Assembly (NCBI GenBank): GCA_051362555.1
Contig: CM120640.1
Coordinates: 69,232,788-69,296,787, forward strand
Direction of reading: 5' to 3'
Origin: Lingula anatina
Taxonomy: Eukaryota > Animalia > Brachiopoda
DNA: 64,000 nt
Shown: positions 52,801 through 64,000 of the stretch, one piece after another
How positions within the stretch are numbered: position 1 is the first letter of the stretch
How the letters are laid out: every line of letters starts with the position of its first letter
Made by a program: the position numbers and the translations under genes
Notes under the pieces: model-generated
The model's input: only the letters and a program-made list of their open reading frames with translations
The model's database searches: none
Told to the model about the DNA's origin: nothing

Positions 52801-54277
52801 GGGAGCAGTCTGAACACGAGTAGCTATTAAGGAGGGGATTTTTTTTATTCGCTAAGGTAATGCAGAAATAAACATTGTCATGATGAGCTGAGGATGTAAA
52901 AGCAGGAGTTTTACTGGTGAAAACTGTAATATTTCAACTGTTTCAACTAGATCTTCACTTTAAGAGCTCTTTCCACCACTTTAACACCTGAATGATCACA
53001 ACAATAAGCAGCTAACACAATCCAGTGCCCGGAAATTTTCTTCAAAAATTTACTTCTGATTTTATAAGTAAAAGGACTATAAATAATCCTTTTGTTTAAT
53101 GAAACACTATAATAAAGAGGCTCATATTTTCTAACCAAAAATATTTAAAATCAAATGCTGTTTAAACCTAAGTCATTAAACATGCCAATTTTCATGGAAA
53201 TATTATTATGTTAGTTAGGTTATGTTAGATCTCGCACCAATGAATACATCACCACCCTATGTTCAGAACCCCTGGGGTGGTAAAAAAACAACAAAAAAGG
53301 CAGTCCTTGTTCTTAAAGTGTTTATTTTTATTGCAACAATAAACAGATAAGTACTTACATAAAAGTAACAGAAAAAATTTATTTGGCCAAATGTAGACTT
53401 TTTAGCCTATCAGTCCCCTTTAACTGAATGCTGGCAGAGTAGGAAGGCTGGTTTAACCTGCTAACGAGATATTCCAGTTTTTCAATCAATTTCCTTCTTT
53501 TTTTTTCAAACACAATTACTATTTTTACAACCCAACAGTTTGGATGATTTGAACAACCTAGCATTAGTTAAGGCCCATTATGATGACATACATTTGAGGA
53601 CACTTCATATGGGTTAGAGCCATTACCAATGAGGTGCTGCAGGAGAATTACCGAGCATTTACTGCTTAGCCAGCATCTTTAATGATGCTAAGACACCGCA
53701 TTGAGCTCATCAAGGCCATGTTGTATGGAACAGAGAGTGACTTTCAATGTCTACAGCTGTGAAAGGCGTCCAGCAGTTCTCCCCTAGGCTCTCTGCTCTC
53801 ATTAATGGAACGATTGAGGCAGAGATAGGCAATCATTAACTTTACTAAAGGTGTATTATATTCTCCACTTAATGAGTCTATAGTGGTGCTGGTGGTTTTT
53901 TAATCACTACCTTCTGAGAATGAGTGCCCTTTTCTTTTGTGTAATTACTCCTGTATGCTGCGCCTTGTGAGATAGCTTGAAGAATAGACTGGAGGCCAGT
54001 TTCTATAGGCTCGTTCCCAATGAAACCATTGATCTACATGGATCAATCCAACTCTGTCGGAAATCTTGCTGAATGCAATCAGATTAACAGATGAATACGC
54101 CTCTTCCTGGCATTGAGTAAAATACAGAAAAAACTAGAGGTGCTTATAGGAGTAAGTTGGAAACAAGAGGAGGCGAGTCAATCTGACTGCTTTCAGCAAG
54201 TGTCTCTGCAGAGTTGGATTGATGTAGGTAGAATGAGGGTATCACTGGGAATGGACCCTATGATATGGAATTGTGAC

Positions 54278-54450
54278 CAGGGGGGGGTCCAAGACTGCTA
54301 GGATTGTCAGGGGTGGTTGGAGGCCATCTTCTGGGTCTTATGGAAGGCAGTCAGAATTTTTCAAGTTTACATTGACAGACATCAATTTTTTTCTGTTGGA
54401 AGAGGGTCAAAAATGAAGACTGTCAGAAAATATCTATGGACCCATCCCTG
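54278..54450. mobile_element. Decayed MITE of the same family as 47798-47949
   Basis: CAGGGGGGGGTCC ... GGACCCATCCCTG termini; contains GAAGACTGTCAGAAAA and TTGGAAGAGGGTCAAAAAT, reverse-complement matches to the 47.8-kb copy. Confidence 0.65.
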
Positions 54451-56557
54451 ATTGTACACTGTAAGTCAGGTCAATCTATCTCTATTGGAAACTGGCCTGG
54501 ATTGCACTGACAACTTGACCAACCTTTCTTGTATTATTAGAAACCCTTAAAACTATCAACTTAGATCTGATATGGAGCACTAATATTTAGAGGTGGACTA
54601 GGATCCAAACGAACATGGGAACATTGTCTACACACATAATAAACTGTGAAAATGTCAAGATAAAATAACATTTTAATGCAGCCACTTTAAATACTATAAA
54701 TATACTACTATATTCATATACCCATACACCTATAGCCATCTGCTGGATGGTATCAAACTGAGGCCATTTTAACATCTTGGGGTGCAGTTTTTGTACTGCC
54801 CCAGTTTAAGAGGTTGAAAACTTTATAACTTTTCTAATAAGGAGGCTCTCTTGTATTTCAGAAGCACCATTTCGAACTTAATGAATTAGATGAAAAATTG
54901 TAAGACAAAATCTACTCATCACATGAGTTAAAGTATGGAAAGAAGTAGCATCCCAAAAAACATCACAGAGTTTGTAAACATCTCGTAAGTGGGTACATTA
55001 CATCATCAAACTCCAAGCGTCACTAAGGGTTCTTCACTAAATGCAAAAGTTTTCATTAAAGGATATGAATTACAAATTTTATTGCATACTTTGATCATTA
55101 GTTGCTATCATAAAAAAGTACTCAAGCTAATATGACAGAGCCTCCTAGAGTAAGTGATTCAACTAAATGCACCACAAGACTACTGCGGTAGTTAACTGGA
55201 TTAATTTTGATTTGTACCAAGGGGCTTGTGAAAGAGTTTATAATCCCACTGCTCTCCATCCCCCCCCCCCACCCCCCACAACAAGCGTAATTTTATTTGG
55301 ACCAGTCTGTGCCCCTCAATGTGACAAGTACCTGATTGTTACATATAATTCTGAGTTTTGGTTGAATAATATAATATTTTTATGTACATTATAAAATTTA
55401 TGAATTGCACTCATTAATCACCCAAGTTTAAAAGGTTTTTGGAGGGAATTATAAATGAATAACACTTGAATGATTAGGCCCCCCCCCCAAAAAAAAAAGC
55501 TTGTATATCTACTCAATTATCATTTAAAGAATTATAGTAGATTTTTGTGCTAAGCCAATAGTAATTAGACGGAGTGCTGAATGGATTTGATGCATAAGGC
55601 AACCACAATTTTCAGGACATGGAAACCCTGCAATATACTCCATCGTTCCATCTTTGGCTTCATCTCCTCTATCACTCGTGACAGGTAAAGGATAGGTTGC
55701 TCCCCCCCCTCCCCTCCCCTCGAGACCATGCCCAGCTATCCTATAGCATGAGATCCAGCACATTTTTAGATAAGAACAGGTCAACATGAACTCTTCTGTT
55801 CATCAGTCTCAGGAGACAGCAGTGTACACGCCTCTTACCACACACATAAATGATGTATGTGTTGTGCTTGTAATTTAGTTTGGGTGATCTCAGTCCTTGC
55901 ATTTCATGTCCGACACTTGCTCATATGCATTTGATGCAGGTTTTTTTACATCCAACAAATTATAGTTACCTCTTTATTGGAAAGAAATGTGGTGTTTGAG
56001 TTTATTTTCTTTAAACCTTGATCATCTTCAGAAATATCTAGCTATTACTCAGAGTAAGCACATTAAAATGGTTTCCCTAGAACAAAATCAACTAATGCTT
56101 AGAGATTTGCCTGAGACGCCAAAAGCTATTTTTAATCCAATCCCAAATTAAAAAATGGACAATTTTTCCACATGACAGCTAATTGTAATCATGAATTTTT
56201 ATGAGGCTTTACCCTGTATAAAGATCAAAACTACATTTTCCTATTAGAATATGTACTGCTTTTCATCAATAATATAAGCCATTATCTGTTTGCATGTGTC
56301 AGAACAGTTGAGAAGCTGTAGTTAATAGACTACTGGTAAGTATAACCAAACTTGAATCTGTTAACAGCATAGTCCATCTCATAATAAACTGAACAGTAAA
56401 TGCAACTATATCCTTTTGTTCTGAAGAAAAGTCATTGACTGTCTGAGTGTGCTTAAAAAAAAGAAAAAAGAAAAAAAATAAATAGATAATTGTTAATAAA
56501 AGTTTGACTGGTAATCTATTAGGCAATACATGGAAAGCCATTAGTTTTTAAAACTCC

Positions 56558-56711
56558 ACTAAAGCTGCTCAACAATAGTTAAATACCCCCTATCAGTCTC
56601 AGCAGGCGTGACAGACATCTAAGCTGCCCAAGTTAATTGCAATAAAGTGAGAATTCCCTGGGAGATAGTTCAATCCAAAGTTAGTATGATAGGGTCTGGG
56701 AATGGTTTCTA
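56558..56711. mobile_element. Older partial copy of the 63.8-kb element, inverted
   Basis: ACTAAAGCTGCT...TACCCCCTA...ACAGACATCTAAGCTGC..AAGTT.ATTGCAAT...GGAGATAG...TCTGGGAATGGT matches the reverse complement of about 63778-63925, with CpG decay. Confidence 0.8.
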
Positions 56712-57535
56712 TGTCTGTCTCTCTTAAACCTGGCAAGATGGAAGATCAGGTACGTTGTCAAGTGCCTTTTAAGTCTATTTAAAATTTTGTTTTCTACTTC
56801 TTCCATTTAAAATTCAACAAGAGAGAGTTTGGTAAGCTTTCTTTCTGGAACTGTTCTGAGAAAAATTTCTATACAGAATCAAGTAGAACAGATGAACTTT
56901 TATTTTGTACAAAAATAGAAATAACAGTGCAGAAAGCCATCATCCACAGAAACCTAGCTGAAACCTCTCTACAATCTGCATACAAAAGACTTTTTTTAAT
57001 GAAAAAGATCTATTGCCCAGCAGAACTGCTGGCAACAATGTATCATACCATGGTGTGAATGTTAATCGCCATGACGATGTGTCCAGCAATGACATCATTC
57101 TTGCGCACACAGACTGTATGCATCGTAAACAGTTTCATCAATTTCTGACAGAGATCTGCATGGGTTAGTAGTGCATCAATCTTTTCTTGACAAATCTGGC
57201 GAGGAAAATTCTATAAATAACTACATATTGTCATATCTTAATACGCTTTTATTGACAGTTTCTTTGTTATGACATGTTCTGTAACATTGGCATACATGCG
57301 TTACTTCTATCTTAGTGTCTGACCGCAAGTATTTAATCTCACATCCTTCTTGACTGCAATATCCAAAGGCCTATTATCTAGATAAAAACAATCAAGTGTC
57401 ACCTACAATGTGTGCCACGTATTAGTAATAGTTCCTTAGGGCACCCGTCCTTCTTTTAAGAGCCAAACAGGAAATTAGAGCAGCATTCAGACAGAGACAA
57501 GTGTTAACAGGGAACCAAATTGTTTAAGCCCCAGG

Positions 57536-57578
<43 letters not shown>
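57536..57578 (+). repeat. A43 homopolymer
   Basis: 43 consecutive A. Confidence 0.95.
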
Positions 57579-57579
<1 letters not shown>

Positions 57580-60500
57580 ACCCAAGAGAAGATCTGGTGA
57601 CCTTATGATGTACAGAGATGCCATCTGATGATGTACAGGAGCATGTCATCAGTGTTTCTTCTAAATTTGCTTCTTTTACCCGTTATGTTACTCAAAACAT
57701 TTGACTATGTATCCACATGTACATGTACATTTATCACCTTAGATAAATATATAATGATATAAGACCCACGCACAGGAAAAAAAGTCTCATTTCCTGATAC
57801 CCACCATATCATTTGAACTGATGACAGTGACACAGTGAATGATATATCATTGCCTGATCACATATATTCAAATCACTTTAAATTAATAGATGTCACCTAC
57901 ACATGACTTTATTCCTCATATCATCTGTTACAATTAAACATTTTAGAAAGTGATATGGTCAGTAATGTTGCCTTATTCAAATGCACCAGTTTGCATCCCA
58001 TTAATTAATGTTAAACCTTATAAGACTGCATTTTAACATTCCACTTTTCATATTTGTCCAACAGTAATCCAGTAATGCCCAACTTCTGGTTTGTTTCCCA
58101 AACTGAAGTACCAGTATATTACATAGTGAATTCCAAAGTTAAGATAACAGGACATTTGGGTACTTAACAACAACAACAACTACTACTACTACTGTATCGT
58201 ATATCTTGACCTGTGAAAGAAAAAAACTGAATTCCAAGAACACCAAAAGGTAAAGAATACCATAACATGAGTCTTCACTTATCCATACAAACAAATCTAT
58301 GTAGTATTGTGTTTAATACAAAATTACATCAGATATCCAGAAAGTTGGTATAATTGAAAACTAATGGCTATCAATTTTAGGTGATCTCTAAAGTAAAAGG
58401 GGGGGGGGGGGGTTAGTGAATGCATTGGACAAGATCCCTGCTTGAATCAAATTGAAACATTTGTTTATGTATATATTTACTTATTTATTCATTCGTTCAT
58501 ATATTTTATTTTATTTTTTGCTGTGAAGTTGGATGAAAAGGACAGGACTTACCATAGTCTAAACTAGACATTACAAGAAATATCATTCCCCCTAGTCCTA
58601 CTTTGCCTGAGACATTTATTTCAGGAATTAAATATCTACTGTATCTGCTAAAATGCACTGGTTGACCTTAAAATCATGTCAGCTCAAATGGACCTTGCTA
58701 AAGCTACTATCATGTCTAGTTGAAATGTACAGGAAGTTGTGGTTACATGTTTTAATACTAAAACTGGTCAATTTCTCATTCTCACCTTAAAATATACAGA
58801 GCTGCACTAATTCGTATAAGCTGGTGCCACGTAACCATATTTCTAAGAAACTAAATTATCCATGGTGTTTTTGATATATCTTAAGATGCAGAATAGCTTC
58901 TTATAAACTTACAGAGAAAATGTGTTATTTGTTAATGTGCGAAATTTTCTATTACTTTGATTTCAATATGAACACTTTTTCCATCAGTGCATGCTGCTGG
59001 GGCATAAAATTTTACAGGCAGTGCTATTTCTGTCAATAGCATCTAATATAAAAGAATCGATGATTCACAAACACAGCTCTTAATTCATTATGTGTCAACC
59101 TCCATGACAACTTTGAAAAATGGCTATTTATGGCACTGTGCAGAAGAAAATTTGAAAGCCACAATACGTAGTAGTTTGCTAGACGTTCAAAAATCATAAA
59201 TATGACAATGCTACACTGTTTTTATCCTTTTTATATATTGAGAGAAATCATTTTCACTCAGAAGATTTGTAAATATATACTTAAGTTTAATTCTTTTCTC
59301 GATAAAACTCTTGAACAGCAGAAACACCAACAGTTTCTGTGTTGCTAAAACAATAATACATTCAATCAAAGACAAAGTCTGGAAACCATATTTATGAATG
59401 GAGAAAACACCTCACAACAGATAGACATATCAAATGTGACACATACAGCCTATGATGACCAGTTCTTTTTATTCAATCAACCTATCCCACTGGGAAGCCT
59501 TCCTGAATGCCTAAATATTATCAGTTTTACTGCAAGATACATCAATTTACTCAGTTTACCATACTATTTTCTCTGCTCTCCTACATAGAGAAACCCAAGG
59601 TGCTCTTAGCAATGGAATATTAAAATACCAATAAACAAACACAGTGGGATAAAATGGTTGGAAGAAATGTGAGAAACAACACTGATGTGCTGAATGTCAT
59701 CACATTTTCCTAGGCACTTCTCTTTTTTTCACTTCTTTGAAAACTCTGTAAGTATAAAGTTATCTGTCCGGATTTCTATTTAGCTCAAACTGAATTGAAT
59801 CAAATAAGTTGTAAAGTAATGTATTCAGTGACCACTGACATCCAATGACAATTACTCACTTAGAAAGATCTTCACACATTGCATGCGTGGTTAATATCCA
59901 AACATTTCAGAGGCAAAGACAATGGCAGTACTTGTTTGTATTCAGTCATGAAACAAGAGTAAAATGGTTCCATTACTTTTAGGCTGTGAATCAAGACCTA
60001 CGTAGCATGCAATGTTATTGTTCAAACCAATTTCTCCACTACCTGGTAGTACCACTGTAACACTGGTGACTGGCTGTGTAGCCCAACAATACATTTATAC
60101 ATTTAATGACATTTTGCCTTTTTTTTTTTTAATTTTTCAACCTTACACATTTTTTGCTGACCATTGACCAAGGTTAAAGTTAAACATTAATTGTTAAAAA
60201 AATGTAAAAATATACACATAAATAACACTACATATCATCATGTCAAAAAAAAAAAAAAAATAATAATAATAATAATAATAATGGTACGAGTTACTAAAAA
60301 AAACAATATTCAAAAGAAACTTAAAAGGGCTGTGTGTTAAAAAAGATATTTCAAAAATATCTAAATGATGTACAACTAATCAAACATTAAAAACATAAAT
60401 GATGACAGGCAGAATCAGTTTCCAAAATGGCAGTATAATCAAAATATGTAAATCTTTTGTCTAACATCTTATTAACAATAGAACAACACATGTTAACAAT

Positions 60501-63500
60501 GACAGTCTGTCCTGAATAATACCTAGAATACATGTGAAACCACAGAGTTGGCAACTTTGCATAATTGATTCATTCAGTAAAGCACCATCTGGGACCATCC
60601 ATGTTCAACAAACCAGAGTATATTTGAAAAAAAAAAAAACCTCTCCTCACTTCTACAGAGCTGGTGCCAGTACGTGCCTGTGATGCCAGATACAAATACT
60701 TTGTTTTTGCTTACTAAATGACCAATTAACATATTAGAAGGAAGTTGAAACTGTCAGCTTCAAAGAGAAAATGATATAAAGATTTGCTGGAGAATATTAA
60801 TTACCACCTAAGTCTTGAGAAAAGACAAATGTTTTTCTCCAGCCTCTGTTTATCACATTTTCTCTCATCTTAAAAAAAAGTTATCATAGTGCAATTCACA
60901 TTTTTCAAAATTTTCATTTTTTCCTCACTTCTTCTAATTTCTTGGGGATACCTATGAATCTAACATTAACAAAAATCTTTTTCAGTTTTTGGAGACGTGG
61001 CAGATTTATTCAGAGATAAGAAAATAGCTACAGTCTGCAATTTTCAGCTCTCACATTCAATATATCAAGTAATATACTAACTTAAACCAATAATAAACAA
61101 GAGGCTGATTTTCCTTGAAAACGGTAACTTTTTGAAGTAGAATTAAGATGTAAGATAAGATATGCAAAAAAAAAAAGAAACCTTCAACAATTTTGTCAAT
61201 TTTGTCAAGTTGTTTTTTCCCCACATTTTACAAGAAAAAAAAGTGCATTAGTGTCAGACGGTTATCATTACTGGGTGCTAAATAAATTTTCAATCAACTA
61301 CCCTCACAACACTTCAAATAATAAAATAAAAGCACCAGCCAGGTGTAAAAATGACTCAGTATCCAAAAGCACCTGCTCCCTTGCATGAAATGTGCATCTT
61401 CGTGATGACAAGCGCTTACTAAAGTCTACAGACACGCTACTCAGCATTTCTAGAACTCGTTAACACGACATTATTTTTGAAAGATTTAATTTCCTGGAAT
61501 AAAGTTTAACCAAGTATGAGAAGCCTTTTCAAATTTCTGCATACTATACGGTAGAGCCAGTGACGAGTATGGAGACAAAAAACAACTGTAGTTAGTTTCT
61601 CATCTGTACATGCTTAAGTGAATGTGCATTAAAAAGCTTCCATGGCATGTACTAATTACGTCCAATAAAAGGGCGCAGGAAGCGTATAGTCAGCCACTAC
61701 ATTTGATACTGTAAATAGAGGGATTTCTTAGAAAGCACGTACGGAACAGCTTCCTCGGTAGAGAGCTCCATTTAAGAGATTACTTTGTTTTCAAACTTTG
61801 AGGCACTTCATTCAGACAGGATGATTTACCTGCTAGATTTTACGAGCTGCCCTTTGGTGAAATATTTAGGCAATTTTAATATAGTATTGGGAAAAGAATA
61901 AAACTTCAAAATGGATGCAAATTATTTTTCTTCTACTTCTGTAAAAAATATCATAACAGATCTACTTGAATGATTTTTTTATTTAAAAAACCAATAGATG
62001 ACTGAAAGTCCTTTTTTATATAAAGGATATCATTATTTTAGACATCCAGATGAAATAGTTTGTTGCCAATGGGTTTTATTTAAAATACAACATTTATGCT
62101 GCACTTAGAGAAGTACACTTAAATACTAGATGCATTTCAATTCAATTAAATATGTATCATCAACTGCCCTGTATGAACAAGTCACTTGGAAACCTATTCC
62201 AAGTATCTGACTGAATCTGAACTAACAACTATTTTATTGTTTTTTCTCTCTATTTTCTATATCAAAATGAGACTTTGATTAAAAAACAATTTGAGCATAT
62301 TTCATTTACTGCCAGAAAAGAATATCTTAATTTCCTTTGTTTGATAACCTTATAAGGTTGCAATATTTGATATAATTACAGAATATTGCAAACTGATCAG
62401 AAACTTGTTCAGGAAAAAGGATTTATATTACCGTCTACTTAGCTCCAAACACGCACTTATCAGCAGCAGGCTTCACACAGCAACTAGGTTTATAACTGAG
62501 ATTTTATTACTAGGTCTGAATGTCGGCTTCATCAAATAAGTACATGTATGGGACACTGGGGCTCATAGCATACAGCAGCTGTACCCAAGACATGGAGATA
62601 AGGGGAGTGTGTGGTTACAGTGGAGAGACGGGCAGGTTAGAAATTATCTCTAGGTTTTATGCGTAGGAAAGGAGAGAGAGAGACGGGGTATGTAGGAGGT
62701 AGGTTTTACCTAAAGTGAAAAAATACCTTATTATAAAATGTAGTTTATGAGGTACCATTGTGCAAGATATGACAACCAAGGAATTAAGGGGGTTTATTTT
62801 AATCTGTGAAAAGTCAATAGCGTATTTATCTTGGCCATCCAAGTTTTAGCAATGTTTTTTAGTTAAGCGTTTTTTTTTTCTTGCTTTTTGCTCCACAGCT
62901 AGATTCACAGCTGATCCACAGAATCTATTCTCATAGAGCTACTTATGGCTTTTTGTTTAAATCACGCTTTTCCCACTAAATGCTTGACACTCATTTACCA
63001 GAAGAAAATGCATCTCTCTGATGTAGGTATTGTGAATTCTCATACAGCATTAAAATTTTCTCTATATTCAAAATTGTATGGGTGTAGTGTGATTTACCAA
63101 TGCATTAGGAGGAAAGCTACATCTTTTTTTTTTATATATATATGTGAATATATGAGCTTGGTCTTATGTTATCTCAAGTAACCAATGACACCTTGGTGTA
63201 AAACTCATAACTTAAGGTAAATGGTGTAATTTTGTTACATCTAGCCTGAAAAACAATAACAAAAACAGAAGAATAGTTTTTTCTGACGTTGCTTTCTTTT
63301 CTTAAAATAGTTTTGTCAAGATGAACTCAACTGCCATGATAAACATGGTTTTAAAAAAGCTCTGACAGATGCAGACATCCCTGCAATCTAGCATCATCAA
63401 CTGCTTGATTGCATTCTTCAAAGATCTAGACCAACAATGTCTCCTATAAAAATGCTGACAATCTTGATGTCATTATAATTGAGATTGCAAAATATTGAAT

Positions 63501-63775
63501 TCGACGCGATAACCATATTGTCAATTTACCATAAGAGCAAAATTTATTGTAGAATAATCAAATTAGTTTTATTTTAATGACATAAATCAAAGAAAAATAA
63601 TGTATAACTATATTATTAGGAAGGTCTTTCGGTTCCCTGTTTTTCGTTTGAAAAAAAAATTACCCCCCTCCCCCCTCACCACCACCACCAAATATCAGTG
63701 CATGTAACCTTGAAGAAAGGGATCATTTTATAAACTGGAAAACATTTTTGGTAAGAGATTTAGTCAGGAGTGTCC

Positions 63776-64000
63776 TAGGGACCATTCCCAGATGCTGTCG
63801 TACTAACTGTGGATCGATCTATCTCCAAAGGGCGATTCTCGTTTAATTGCAATCAACTTAAGCAGCTTAGATGTCTGTACTGAAGCTGCTAGGGGGTAAT
63901 TAATTATCGTTTAGCAGCTTTAGTAGGCGTGCCAGATATCTCAGCTGCTAAAGCTAAAAGCAATTAAGCGAGAAACTTCTTGGAGATGGATCGGTCCTGT
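63776..64000. mobile_element. Fold-back/MITE element with long imperfect TIRs, right end beyond the window
   Basis: GATCGATCTATCTCCAA...CTCGTTTAATTGC is mirrored by GCAATTAAGCGAG...TTGGAGATGGATCGGTC; begins (TA)GGGACCATTCCCAGA; CpG-rich. Confidence 0.75.

Larger units (their letters stand above)
28105..64000 (-). other. Giant INPP5F intron (>35.9 kb, continues beyond the window)
   Basis: The exon ending at 28104 begins mid-SAC domain at a phase-1 acceptor; I found no upstream SAC-domain exon by eye or in the ORF track through 64000. Confidence 0.75.

Noticed and set aside
57536-57578. A43 as a processed-pseudogene or SINE tail
   Set aside because: No recognisable body, poly(A) signal or convincing TSD; the length may be an assembly artefact

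Overview
AT-rich animal genomic DNA; repeat content and mosaic CpG depletion suggest a marine invertebrate, but the taxon cannot be fixed from the sequence. The only host gene I can support is the 3' part of an INPP5F/SAC2 phosphoinositide phosphatase on the minus strand. It has 12 coding exons between 21821 and 28104 (about 798 codons) with consistent splice phases, an intact CX5R(T) motif (CVDCLDRT), an hSac2 domain, a long disordered tail and one GC-AG intron. The 11 introns among these exons are only 135-950 bp. I found no further SAC-domain exon in 28105-64000, which implies a single intron of more than 35.9 kb. That intron and the 3' flank are CpG-depleted but contain discrete patches that keep CpGs and homeodomain-type motifs, suggesting a genomic regulatory block with INPP5F as bystander (inference). 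Mobile DNA includes a young 668-bp MITE with perfect 77-bp TIRs and an 8-bp TSD, several short CAGG-terminated MITEs, a fold-back element in two copies, a 5'-truncated L2/CR1-group LINE and an RTE 3' fragment. There are also two minisatellites and several microsatellites. Most of the supplied ORFs are spurious. There is no CRISPR or prokaryotic system.
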